A stretch of 63,262 nt of DNA, filler included, from Octopus bimaculoides (Eukaryota), in the NCBI RefSeq assembly GCF_001194135.2. It is 6 parts of 5 records of this genome, joined end to end, with 100 filler letters (N's around TTAATTAATTAA, not from the genome) between each part and the next. Parts side by side here need not be neighbours in the genome. Positions count along the whole stretch, not along the records: positions 26,420 to 36,400 come from NC_068983.1; positions 36,501 to 43,524 come from NC_068993.1; 4 more parts are not named here. One strand, 5' to 3'. Below, in pieces: positions 26,320 through 39,576 of the stretch. Each line of letters begins with the position of its first letter. Within the stretch, counting starts at the first letter, position 1. The translations under genes and the position numbers were made by a program. Under the pieces are notes generated by a model, which searched no databases, was not told the origin of the DNA, and saw only the letters and a list, made by a program, of their open reading frames with translations.

Positions 26320-26419
26320 NNNNNNNNNNNNNNNNNNNNNNNNNNNNNNNNNNNNNNNNNNNNTTAATTAATTAANNNNNNNNNNNNNNNNNNNNNNNNN
26401 NNNNNNNNNNNNNNNNNNN
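26320..26419. other. Artificial scaffold spacer 44N-TTAATTAATTAA-44N
   Basis: Exactly 100 bp; identical construct occurs five times in the window. Confidence 0.95.
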
Positions 26420-26997
26420 AATTTAATATGCTTGTTTTAACAAGAGTGAGCTTTATTTGAGGAGATAAACGCGACAATTTCGGACCTCTGGTGCAATCGT
26501 GTAGAAACTTTATTTTAGATAGGTTTTCAATGGGCAAAGATGAGAAGTTTCTATACTAATGACTTTTCGGCGCAAATTCATCAGTGACATGAATAAATGC
26601 AGTGTATGCATTTGCAAGAGCACAATCACGACCTTTAAGCTATAAATATTGTCCTATGTACAGCGAAAACTAATGGAGCACTAAGTTATAAATGAGTGTG
26701 TACATGTGTAGGCTTGTGTGTGTGTTTCAATTAATGTAGGTATGCATACACGTATTCAAATACATATATCAATTTGTGCGCGTGTAATGTACAGTAGATA
26801 TTCACTTATTATTGCCAGCAGCTTTCTGCTGTTGACGCCATCAAAATTAACAATATTTTCGTAAAGGTGTGAAATTGTAATGATTTTTGAACGATAACTA
26901 ATGTGGAAAGGGAATTTCCATGAAAAATGTGTAAATTTTCCGTTTATTCCTTTGACGTCCTTTTGTTCATTTTTTAAATATTATTTAATTTAATGCC

Positions 26998-27386
26998 TGT
27001 GGAGGCTCAATGACCCAGTGGTTAGGGCATCGGACTCGCGGTCATAGGATCGTGGTTTCGATTCCCAGACCGGGTGTTGTGAGTGTTTATTGAGCGAAAA
27101 CACCTGAAGCTCTACGATGCTCCGGCAGGGGATGGTGACAAATCCTCCTGTAAGTACTCGTCCACCACAACTTTCTCTCACTCTTACTTCCTGTTTCTGT
27201 TGTGCCTGTAATTCAAAGGGCCAGCCTTGTCACACTGTGTCACGCTGAATATCCCCGAGAACTACGTTAAGGGTACACGTGTCTGTGGAGTGCTCAGCTA
27301 CTTGCACGTTAATTTCACGAGCAGGTTGTTCCGTTCATCGGATCAACTGGAACCCTCGACGTCGTAAGCGACGGAGTGCCAACAAC
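26998..27386 (+). mobile_element. SINE family B, full length
   Basis: TSD AATT(T/C)AATGCC at 26987-97 and 27387-97. Confidence 0.9.
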
Positions 27387-28182
27387 AATTCAATGCCACG
27401 CTCCTTCTTATCTTCACTAATTCTGGAATCTTTTTATTCTCCTCTTTGTCTTTCTCTTTCCTTCCTTCCCTCTCTCATATTTTCCCTTTTCCTTTTCCTT
27501 CCATCTTTCCACTCTCATCACCTTACCTCTCTCTTGATTTTTCTGTGCACCCCCTTTCACCTTACCATTATTTCTAATTTCTCTTCTCTCACCTTTTTCT
27601 TACTTTCCATCTGCCTTTCATTCTCTCTATTTGCCACTTTCTCTTTTTACTTTGCTTCCATCTCTACCCCGGCCTTTTTTCTCTGCCTTTCACCTTTGTT
27701 TTCTCTCTCTCTCCTTTCTGCTCTCGGTATCTCCTTCCAACCTCCTTTCTCCACTTGACCGCTTACTTGTTCAGTCAAGCTTCTCCTGGTACTCGTGCTC
27801 TCCTTAACCTCCAACACTGGGTTCGTTTTGTTCCGCCTTTCGTTCTATTCATCTGTCTAACTTTTCATCTCTCCTCTCTCCTTCCAGTGATATAGGGCAT
27901 CATTTTCCATTGCGTTACTTTTATATATCTTGTCTGAAGTTGCTTGAGAGTCGAATGGCCTTTATTTTGTTTCTATATTTATATTTACAACAACTACCTG
28001 TGCTATCTTCGCTCATTATTTCCATCAGCTTTTTGATGCTAACGCCACTGAAATGAACAATATTATCGCTAAAAGCGTGAAACTAGAAATTATAATGATT
28101 TTAGGATGTAATTGACGTGGAAAGAGCATGTTCGTATATTGTAAGTTTTCTGTTTCTTCTTTTGACTTCCTTCCGTTAAATT

Positions 28183-28259
<77 letters not shown>

Positions 28260-28677
28260 AAGAGTGTGTGAGTGTGTGTGTTTGTGTGTGTGTGCACATA
28301 TATATATACAAACATACATATGTGTGTGTCCGTGTGTGTGTGTGTCTGTGTCTGTGTGTGTGTGTGTCTGTGTATGTGTCTGTGTTAGCTTGTATGTGTA
28401 TGTGTCGACCTCAGCAGCATTTGAACTCACAACATAAAGTCGGAAGAACAAGAATCAAAGGATAGTATAATTGACAAGAAGGAATGAAGTATGATAATGT
28501 CCTCCCTCGTTACGGTCTATCACAGCTTATGAAAACCAGAGAAGTAATTATAAGCATACGGAAAACTATTGGCAGGTAGAGGGCTTACCGATTATTTAAG
28601 CGGGGAAACCTAAATAGCTATTCACTATTAATTTACAGTAAATATTTATATATATACGCTGGTATGTATGCATATAC

Positions 28678-28728
<51 letters not shown>

Positions 28729-29167
28729 TATATATATATACATATGTATATATACATATATATGTACAAAATGAAGAGGAATGACCACCAAAGTGAACTC
28801 CTAATATGCTAAATATAGACGACAAATCGCTATTACCACTAAGAGTGTGTTCACAAGAAAGATTTCAGCAAAACACCAAAATGTACAAATGAGCAAGACA
28901 ATTGAAAATATATGTGGTGGTCATTCCTCTTAATTTTGTATGCAATATAATTTTTCATCTTCAGATTTTTAAATAAGCTAATCTACTTGTTTTAATTGAT
29001 TAATATCAATTTCTACCCTCATTATTTAATTATATATAAGTGAATATTTAAGTGTTGTGTGTGTTCCCATTAGTAAACCGATGAAACACGTTCACCGCTG
29101 ATAGCTATCTTACGTCATCCAGGATATTCATACAATTATCCCTAGTTCTGCGATCTGCATCGGGAAT

Positions 29168-29300
29168 CCCCCTTATAACATCACTTGAGGGATGCACCAC
29201 AACCAGTTGTACAATATTCCACCCACTTCGGATCGATGCAAGATGCGTTGAAATGATCGTTGTGAACAATAAAGTTTCTTGTATATTCTATTTTCCGTCT
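29168..29300 (+). repeat. Dispersed repeat copy 1 (hammerhead core deleted)
   Basis: Aligns to 39577-39726 but lacks about 19 nt spanning part of the core. Confidence 0.55.
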
Positions 29301-30760
29301 CTATGATGGTTATGTACATTATAATTACTTTAAATTAAAAATGCTAATTTAAAGATGTGAACACTAGAAAAATTTAGGAAGTAGTAATATATTTGGGTCT
29401 TTATTTACCTCACATCGACTGTTTCATTCAGACTTAAGTGTCACTGATTTATGAGTACGATCTGCATCCTGAGTAAATATATCTTTTCAATATACAAAAT
29501 TGTAAAGACCCTATCCTCGCACACTTTCTGACATATTGAAGCTACACAGTTGTATTCTTCATCCAAACCATTTATATAAAGCTCTATTTACCTTGCATAA
29601 ATGTATAGCCATTAAAATCTACACTTACTATTAGAAGCAATCATCTGTTTGTAATTTCAAATAATGTGATTGTTAAAATACCTTGTTACGATAATGTGAT
29701 ACATCACTGACACATCATTGAATCGTGCATCATTTCTTAAAACATTAGCCCCTTTCCTCAGCGTTAATTTTGTTATTGGTTATCCACTCCCACCCCCATA
29801 AAAGCCCAAACATTTTCAATTCTTAGTAAATATACTTTCACTATAATTTAGCTATTGTACTGAAATCATATAATTCCGCTGTGAAAAGCATACGAGCTTT
29901 GATAATTACTTCTACTTTGTGACTCAACTGTTAGGAGAAAGTTTTACTTGAATTTATCCATTATTTTAATACCGTTATTTTATATTTACCACATGGAGTG
30001 GTAGGGGTTGTTAATGTCTATACCTTACGCTTTATTAGGCTTACGACTTTTACAATACATACTTTTCATTTCACTTAAGCTATCAATGTGTGTATATCCG
30101 TTTGTTAAAATATTTTTACGCCTTAATTCTCAACTTCATACATTATGTACGGTATATATATANNNNNNNNNNNNNNNNNNNNNNNNNNNNNNNNNNNNNN
30201 NNNNNNNNNNNNNNNNNNNNNNNNNNNNNNNNNNNNNNNNNNNNNNNNNNNNNNNNNNNNNNNNNNNNNNNNNNNNNNNNNNNNNNNNNNNNNNNNNNNN
30301 NNNNNNNNNNNNNNNNNNNNNNNNNNNNNNNNNNNNNNNNNNNNNNNNNNNNNNNNNNNNNNNNNNNNNNNNNNNNNNNNNNNNNNNNNNNNNNNNNNNN
30401 NNNNNNNNNNNNNNNNNNNNNNNNNNNNNNNNNNNNNNNNNNNNNNNNNNNNNNNNNNNNNNNNNNNNNNNNNNNNNNNNNNNNNNNNNNNNNNNNNNNN
30501 NNNNNNNNNNNNNNNNNNNNNNNNNNNNNNNNNNNNNNNNNNNNNNNNNNNNNNNNNNNNNNNNNNNNNNNNNNNNNNNNNNNNNNNNNNNNNNNNNNNN
30601 NNNNNNNNNNNNNNNNNNNNNNNNNNNNNNNNNNNNNNNNNNNNNNNNNNNNNNNNNNNNNNNNNNNNNNNNNNNNNNNNNNNNNNNNNNNNNNNNNNNN
30701 NNNNNNNNNNNNNNNNNNNNNNNNNNNNNNNNNNNNNNNNNNNNNNNNNNNNNNNNNNNN

Positions 30761-30799
<39 letters not shown>

Positions 30800-31884
30800 T
30801 AGATAGATAGATAGATAGATATATACATACATACTCATACAAACGTGCATACATATATCAATACATGCACACACACCTATATGTGTGTGTAAGTGTGTGA
30901 TTAATAGAATATTTTAAAGCAGCTCTGAATCTGTAGCTGAATAATGTGAATCTTGAAACAAGCAGAAGTGAGATTAGCGATTGTAAGAACTTTTTAATTT
31001 CTTTTAATTCTTTGTTTTTCGAATGACATACTGTTTTTTTTTAAATTTCAAAATAATCCTACCGTCTCATGTTAATCAAGCTTGTTTCCCATTTAGTTAA
31101 TACAGTGTATAAAAATCATTTATTTCCCAAACAAAAAATGATTTGAAATCTTTCCATAAGTGTCTATTTGATATATTTCTTTCGCATGCATATGCTAAGT
31201 AAATGGAGTGTGTGACATTTCCAATATTACGAGTTGCTTGGCCATGCGCCAAAAGTTGAAACCAATATTACGCATTGCGATAAGACGGTAAGCTGGCAGA
31301 ATGGTTACTGTGCCGGACAAAATATTTAGCGATATGTTCTTCCGGCTTTACGTTCTGAGTTCAAATGTCACCGAGGTCAACTTTGCTTTTCATCCTTTCG
31401 GGGTCGATGAAATAATTACCTGTTAAACACTAGGGTTGATGGAATCAACTTCCCTCGAAATTGCTGGGTTTGTGCCAAAATTTGAATCCAATATTACGCA
31501 CTACTACGTTTCCACAATCAATATATTTTTGGTCACTATTAACTCTTCAGTCATATCTATGACAAGACACACACATAAAATTTACTTTTCCGTTGAGATA
31601 AGATCATCAAAAATATGACTCCATCTGGTGACAGATAAACATTGTTTGATGGACACAGTATATAGGATTATTAATTTAAGCCTACTGGTTGAACTACAGC
31701 AACATGAAACAAAACGTTATAAGAATTGTCTCACATTTATTAGAGAATTACTCTATTCATTAATGGAGAACATTCACATTTAGTTTTACTATGTAAATTT
31801 TGACACCGACTCCGACATTATATTTCCTTTTGCTTTGTCAGGCTAACCATTTCTTTATGTATGTGGGTGTGTTTATGCGGATAC

Positions 31885-31906
31885 AGACAGACAGACATAC
31901 AGACAG

Positions 31907-31966
<60 letters not shown>

Positions 31967-32003
31967 CTGGCAGGCAGACAGGCAGACAGGCAGACAGTCA
32001 GGC

Positions 32004-32036
<33 letters not shown>

Positions 32037-32060
32037 GGCAGGCAGACAGACAGACAGATA
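31885..32060. repeat. Compound (GACA)n/(GATA)n/(GGCA)n microsatellite
   Basis: Visible tetranucleotide runs; another (GATA)n at about 36940-37005. Confidence 0.95.
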
Positions 32061-32192
32061 TGGCACCCTCAATTTATGATATGTTTTCTGTGTGCTGCGT
32101 TCTACTACTCCTCGAACGTATATCGGATAACCTGTAATATGTCATCAATTACACAAAAAAAGAAGAATTGATGCATAATCTTATGTCAGTTA

Positions 32193-33319
32193 TCTATATA
32201 TATAAAAATGAGAATGTGTGTTTGTCTGTCTGTCTGTGTGAATCCCTAAAACTCGAGAACTACGCAACCAATTTTATTCAAATTGTACACATGCCTTACT
32301 TAGGGTTCCAGTTGTGTTTTAGTCAAAAACATTTTTAACTTCTTGCAGAGTTCGAGCACACGGCAACATAATATCTCTTCCACTGTTTAAGTATTATGTG
32401 TCAAAAGTGAAACAAAAACACTCATGTCAAATACTTTCACTTTAAAAATGAAACTATTCCACTAACTGAAACAATCATATTTCGATACTGTAATGATAGA
32501 TACATTCACAGAGAGAGAAAGAGAGAAAGAGAGAGAGAGAGAAAGAGAGAGANNNNNNNNNNNNNNNNNNNNNNNNNNNNNNNNNNNNNNNNNNNNNNNN
32601 NNNNNNNNNNNNNNNNNNNNNNNNNNNNNNNNNNNNNNNNNNNNNNNNNNNNNNNNNNNNNNNNNNNNNNNNNNNNNNNNNNNNNNNNNNNNNNNNNNNN
32701 NNNNNNNNNNNNNNNNNNNNNNNNNNNNNNNNNNNNNNNNNNNNNNNNNNNNNNNNNNNNNNNNNNNNNNNNNNNNNNNNNNNNNNNNNNNNNNNNNNNN
32801 NNNNNNNNNNNNNNNNNNNNNNNNNNNNNNNNNNNNNNNNNNNNNNNNNNNNNNNNNNNNNNNNNNNNNNNNNNNNNNNNNNNNNNNNNNNNNNNNNNNN
32901 NNNNNNNNNNNNNNNNNCATGCATACAGATATCTATACATATATACACCCATCACACACACATACACATGCACACAAACACACACATTAGTCATTTGTTT
33001 TCTTATCCAAAACTACGTCAAAAGTACTGAATAGATCTTTATGAAATTTGGAAATTATATTCTTTGCATAACGGCCATAACTCCCATGAAAATTCATATA
33101 TTTTTGATGTTGATGAAATTTTAACCCCAACATGATCACCTTCTTTTACGAAACTTCATTGACTTTCATATATTTATATTGATATACATATATATATACG
33201 TGTGTTTGGGTGCGTGTGTGTATATACATCTCTATATATAAAGATGATGCGTAGTCTAGACGGCGTTTTTAGATTTCATTATTCTCTTTAACCCGGGCAA
33301 CGCCGGGTATTTCTGCTAG
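32193..33319 (+). mobile_element. Composite non-autonomous Helitron
   Basis: A^TC 5' end, 3' hairpin CCCGGGCAACGCCGGG and CTAG^T; a second internal A^TC start at 33229; contains an N gap. Confidence 0.8.
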
Positions 33320-33474
33320 TATTTTAATAAAAAACTAACTGTTCTTTTAAACGGCAGAAATTGATCTTCGAACACACCACGTTTTGTTATGTATATGCGC
33401 CACGTCTTGTTATGAATATGATATGCCATAATATATTTTTTCTGTATAAAACACATTCGCTCACACACATACGA

Positions 33475-33531
<57 letters not shown>

Positions 33532-34550
33532 TGTGTGTGTGTGCTTATTCACAGATATGTATTCGCTTATTTCATACCAACATTACTATTAATATTGTTA
33601 TTGAAATCCCACCCCCATACCTAAAAAAGTAGAATAGCTGTTGGTTAGATTGTAAACTCTCTTACAGATATATGTGCGTTAAAACGAGTAAAAGTGTGTG
33701 TGTGAGAGAGAGAGGGAGAGAGAGAAAGAGAGAGAGAGGGAGAGAGAGGGGGAGAGAGAGAGGGAGAGGGAGAGAGAGAGAGTCCTCGTTCTCGCATGTA
33801 TGACTTAACATATTGAATTGGAATTGCAATCATGAACTCCCTCAAAATATGTGACAGACCAACGGAAGCCAAAATAAAACAGAATAAAATAACAAGTTAA
33901 ATGATAGATTAACTTCATACCTACCACTTATTCGTTCCCACCTCCCAATCATGATCAATAAAACTTTGAAGTGACATTGTGTAGAAGTGAAATTATTGCC
34001 CCAAGAAAATGCACGTTCTCTTCAGCAACTACGAAGATAATACGTGCACTAAAATCGTCGAAAACTCTATTCAGTCTTTCAACAGAACAGAACAATTTGG
34101 GATCAAAATTAAAGAAATCACGAAATTCTTGAAAACAAGACGAAAAATCGAAACTGTACAGGTCAAGGAGTGCAGCAAACATTCTGACCCTGTTCTAACT
34201 GATAAGAAGCAACTACAACAGATTGACAACCACCAACAAGCATCTAGAAATATATTAGCTTCGCCATCTGACTTCATTCCATCTAAAGCCACTGGTGGAC
34301 AACTAGCGCCTTTAAACAGGAAAGACCTTAAATTCTGCTCATATCAAGAAAACAGTACTGCACCTCACACTCCCCTCAAACATGAGTGGAACTCAGCTAA
34401 CATGTTCACATTCACTGTCATATTTGACGGATCATCTTTGGCGGAAGCATTCCCAACGTAGTTAGGATCGCATCACAAACTCTGGACATTCTTTTCAGGA
34501 TCAAAGTATATTTCATCCCTAAAGCGAGGATCACGATATATGTATATATA

Positions 34551-34596
<46 letters not shown>

Positions 34597-34770
34597 CGCA
34601 ATGTAGGACAATGTCGTCCTTTCGAAGCGTATTAAGTCAGAATCATGATACAGAGTTGTTCTTTTACTTCAGACACTCAGATTCTCCTCTTCTTAATGAT
34701 ATATTTATTTTCAACAAATCTTGATTATTGAAATAATCGCCCTTTCCCAACTGCAATTTGTCTTAATCGC

Positions 34771-34905
34771 TACCAACCAATTTGTCTATCAGGCGTATGT
34801 AACTTGTGCTTTGAGGAAGCCTTGTGCATCCTGTTAAATAATGAAAACCTAGTAAACCAGCATGCTGAGAAAATACTGAGAAGTCCACACAGGGTCTAAC
34901 ATGCA
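34771..34905 (+). mobile_element. Penelope-like element C-terminal (GIY-YIG end) relic
   Basis: YQPICLSGVCNLCFEEALCILLNNENLVNQHAE..RSPH resembles C.LCL.EK..I....LLN.R.E...CRH. Confidence 0.55.
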
Positions 34906-35077
34906 TTTTCAAGATTTAGCACTGTGAAATAATAATAATAAATCAGTGAACTTTCTCCAGCTTCTCTTCCCCGATATCCATGTGTGTGTGTATGTGTCGG
35001 GATGTATTTCTGTCTACGTATATATGCTTTGTAAACGCGTGTTTACAATGCATGAATGCATGTACCTACTTAAGTCA

Positions 35078-35121
<44 letters not shown>

Positions 35122-36400
35122 GTGTGTGTAAGTGTGTGTATATATGTATGTATATGCGTGTGAGTTTATGTATGTACATATATTCATATATGGCGTATGT
35201 ATGTGAGTACGCGAACATATCCGCATTTGTGTACGTGTGGATACATCCTTATATGTGAGCGTGTGTGCATATGTTTATATACGTATGTATATGTATATAT
35301 AGATTTTTATATATGTGTGTGGGGTGGGGTTGTGCTTATGTGAGTGATGTGTGTGTGAAGGAGCGAAGCGAAGAGGTTAGTAGAAGTAGTTAGTGGTCGT
35401 GAGGAGAGGTGATGTGTTTGCAAGTTCTTTGGTATTTCTGTGCGTGTGTGTTTGTGTTCGTGTGTGTACGTATGAATGTGCGTGAGTACCTATGTATGTG
35501 TGTGTGTGTACGTGTGTATGTATATGCTTGTGTATTTGCTTGTGTATGAGCGTGTGCGAGTCGGTGCTGGTGAAGAGTTTTTGCACAAGGTAAGATATCG
35601 AAACGAGTGTGTGTGGTAAATATGTTTGTATTATGTGGGGATGTAAGTTATGTATATGGGTATGTGGAAGAGTGTAGAAGATAAATTTTAAATTAAAAAA
35701 TTTAATTAAATCAGAAGATTAAAAAATTAAAAAATTAGAATGAATTAAAAAAATTTTTTTTAATTGAAAATATAAAAATTAAATTTAAAATAATTAATTA
35801 AATTATTCATATATTGTGTAGACAATGCAACCACTCAAGTAAAAATTACCTAGAATACGTACAAATAGAATATTATATGCATTAAAAAATGAATCTCGCT
35901 GGTGAGGAGGTAACAGCTCTCCAAAACTGTTAATTTCATACAATTGTACAACTAGTAGAGACTATTAGTTTGTGTTAGCTATGCAGCATAAATTTAATGT
36001 GCTTCGAAAAGTGTTGCCCACAGTCGTTTGAAATGGCCCTTGCATTTCTGTAACGTAGTCTATTGTCGTCAATCCGAAAAAATTGGATATTTCGTGAACT
36101 ACTTGAAAAACAACACTGTCTCAGTATTGTTCGAATTAAGATGTATGCTTGACTGGTACATATCTGTGCATTGAGCTCTCTGTGGTATGACGTCAGTGTC
36201 TGGGGAGGCTGACCGGAAGGGCGAGTCGACTGGAAGGGGAAAAAGGGCAGAGGGAGCCTCGATCGGGATTCGTGCCCTTTTCGAACGGGGCTGCGGTCAG
36301 GACAAGACGTGTTAAGCGACGGTCTAGGTTTGGGAAGGTTTGGGAGAAGCAGCTGCTATTCCTGGTATACTTTGGGTCGGGGCAAGCTTCAAGGATCGGA

Positions 36401-36500
36401 NNNNNNNNNNNNNNNNNNNNNNNNNNNNNNNNNNNNNNNNNNNNTTAATTAATTAANNNNNNNNNNNNNNNNNNNNNNNNNNNNNNNNNNNNNNNNNNNN
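36401..36500. other. Artificial scaffold spacer
   Basis: 44N + TTAATTAATTAA (36445-56) + 44N. Confidence 0.95.
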
Positions 36501-36939
36501 GGGGGGGGGGGGGTACGTGTCGCATAAGGGCAGCCCTTGTGGTTGTAGTCCACTTGCTCTGGATCCCTAATCCTATACATGCTTAAACAGCAGACTCAAA
36601 AAGACAGCCCCAACCAACCTCACCATAAAGGTGTCGACTGGGATGAATCATTGACCTCGCCCCACGTCGACTTCGACGCCATCACCACCTGTCTCTCCCA
36701 TTAAACCTCCTTGCACCTCACTGAACCAAAATTTTAGATATGCATTAATTACGTAATGGCTTTGTTAAATTGTTCATCCAGGTTATTGCTAACCGAACTG
36801 GAGAGATCGATGCTTCACATTAAGTTCGCGATAAGTTTTAAGCAGCATGTTTAAGCATGTTTAGCTAACGCGCTTAAAATATTCTTATAGACACCTTATA
36901 TATACACACACACACATATATATACATACACAGATACAA

Positions 36940-37005
<66 letters not shown>

Positions 37006-37136
37006 CTAAACATACATATATGTACACATATTAATACACATTCGCATTCGTTCATACATGCATACATATATACATTCGTATATTCATATGTACGGACACA
37101 CACACACACACACACACATAGTCCAACATTCTTTGT

Positions 37137-37396
37137 ATGCAAGACATTGATCTGAAACTCAGCCAGTTTATGTCAACAGTGCAAGATATATGCCCTAAAT
37201 ATATCCCCGAGAGAAAGGCCAGTACACTGACAAAGAAGATTCTCAGGGATAGAAAAAACCCCATGAGACGCAGGTCAATGATATCAAAGCGGCTGAATAG
37301 GCAACTGAAGGATAGAGAAAAGTCTATCTTAATACGGACGCTCCAAGAAATTTAATACAAATCAAACTCTCTCATGAAAGAGAAAGAGCAGAGAGA

Positions 37397-37471
<75 letters not shown>

Positions 37472-38025
37472 AGAAGAGAGCTGTGGAAAACATAATAACT
37501 AATCTCAAATCTTTCTATAAATCCGCAAAGGAAACAGCCACAATACAATACAATATAAAATAGAACCATTATTCCAAGGGATTGACTTCCTGGCAGCAGA
37601 CCCAGGAAGTATAAGTGAAATACTCAGCGTACAATTTAGAAGTTTCGTCATTTCCCCACCTGGACACATGCAGATTAAAAAACCCCGGCTGAATTCTTTG
37701 ATATTGCAGCTGTAAAAAAGGAAGCGCCAGTCATTGATTACATCAACATTTAGGAAACAGATGTAACAGCGGCCATAGATGAAATGAGCTCATGCTCCGC
37801 CACCGGTCCTGATGGCTCCCCAGCTATTCTCCTAAAGTCATACAAGCAGGCTTTAGCGAAACCACTTCAGATATTTTTCCAAAGTTTCCTTGCAACTGGT
37901 ATAGTTCCCAAAAAGCTGAAAGAAGGCATTATATGCCCTATTCACAAAGGGGAAAGAGAGCAGAGGCCAAACACTACAGGCCAATTTCTCTGACTTTACA
38001 TATCAGTAAAGTCATACTATCATTT
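37137..38025 (+). mobile_element. CR1/L2/Jockey-group LINE RT relic interrupted by (GA)n
   Basis: ATGPDGSPAILLK..KQALAKPL..FFQS.L.TG.VP.KLKEGIICPIHKG; multiple stops and frameshifts. Confidence 0.75.
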
Positions 38026-38224
38026 TTGTACGTAGGAATAATAAAAGACGTGTCAGTTTTTAACTGATATCGTTCTAAGATACATCTCACGGATACTTTA
38101 GGATACATCAGTGATTTTTCTTGGGTCTAAAGGCGTTACAGACTTTTCAGCATCAAATCCCCCTTGCCCAGTTGACACAGCTAGGGTCGATGAAGTCTTA
38201 ACTTGTACCCCAACAACAACAAAC

Positions 38225-38420
38225 CACCGGTCTGCTCTCTAAATCCATAGCTACCTAATGGTCTCTGCAGCTTCAATAATAGTATCTATTGGTCTTCCTC
38301 TTGATGCACCAATCCCAGTCAGAACTTTGCAGAACGAACGTCCCCGCAACATTCCCAGCAGCACACTTCAATTGCCTCGCACTGCGCCTGCCCACTCAGG
38401 CTTCTGCACTACTCCAAACA
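38225..38420 (-). mobile_element. HERO-type (restriction-like endonuclease) non-LTR retrotransposon 3' relic
   Basis: CRSLSGQAQCEAIEVCC / GRSFCKVLTGIG...IIEAAETIR*LWI*RADRW followed by (TTG)n; matches recalled CEPIEVGCRGF.GRSL...EAAEKASRWLWIKR. Confidence 0.65.
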
Positions 38421-39014
38421 TTACAAATCAATTTAACCAACCGAGGTCCTTTCAACTGCATATCGCTCAAATACTTTTTAAATTGTGTTCACTGGTGTGT
38501 ATATATATCGTAAAATGGCGAAGAGAAAACACCAATCCCTCTAGCTCTGTAATGATGTGGATTAACATTATGATAAACCGATCGAAGAGATATTTGTTAG
38601 ATTATGTATCTAAATCATTTCTGGTGGGGTGCGGGTGAGGGTAAGGGTAAGAAGCAGGTGATGGTCGGGGTGCAGGTGAGGATAAGTGGGAGATGAGTTA
38701 CTATTCATTCCGATAGATGCTGACGTCATCTGTGTATCACTCTATATATCTACTTACCTACTTACCTACCAACGTACAGATACATACATATACACATAAA
38801 CAAACATATATATATAATAAGTATATATATATNNNNNNNNNNNNNNNNNNNNNNNNNNNNNNNNNNNNNNNNNNNNNNNNNNNNNNNNNNNNNNNNNNNN
38901 NNNNNNNNNNNNNNNNNNNNNNNNNNNNNNNNNNNNNNNNNNNNNNNNNNNNNNNNNNNNNNNNNNNNNNNNNTATATATATACATACATACATGCATTC
39001 ATACACACACACGC

Positions 39015-39045
<31 letters not shown>

Positions 39046-39049
39046 TGTA

Positions 39050-39148
39050 TTTTCATTTCAAAGTTTCAGCTCAGAGCTGCGGCCATGCTGATGCACCACC
39101 GTGATAATGCCGTTCCCATGCCGGGAATCGAACCCGGGCCGCCTGGGT
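39050..39148 (-). mobile_element. 5'-truncated tRNA-Glu-derived SINE-like insertion
   Basis: 39148-39113 reads ACCCAGGCGGCCCGGGTTCGATTCCCGGCATGGGAA (3' half of tRNA-Glu(TTC) as recalled) joined to a GGTGGTGC.TCAGCATGGCCGCAG SINE tail, within a (TACA)n tract. Confidence 0.7.
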
Positions 39149-39576
39149 AATGCATGTATGTATCTATGTATAAGTAAGTATATTCTGCTAATGTTTCATC
39201 GAATTGTCTGCGACCTCGCCGAGACCCCGCCTTCAGGGTTTCTTTTTTATATTCTTGATCTTTATGACCCTTATATTTATTTCTGGTATTTATTTTATCG
39301 AGCTAAATATTGTTGATTGTCTAAATTACCATTTTGGCATAAAACCTATAGATATTTTTGTAACCGCCAAGAAACACACACGCACGTACATGAAGACGCA
39401 CGCTCTCCGACCTACACATATACACACACGCACAAGCATATGCACATGTATGTATGTATATATACATATATACACACATATATATACATACATACATAAG
39501 CCAACGGCTTAAACTTACGGTCACTAAAAACATGCTGTACTAAATTCGAGCGAGAAAGAGTTCATTTAAGGAGACA

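Noticed and set aside
28029-28140. AG...GTAAGT-bounded segment as an upstream exon of the calpain-like gene
   Set aside because: Stops occur in all three frames, there is no homology, and two scaffold spacers separate it from the PEF exons.
36188-36195. TGACGTCA CRE palindrome as a regulatory site
   Set aside because: A single 8-mer in a GC-rich repeat-like fragment beside a scaffold spacer; expected by chance.
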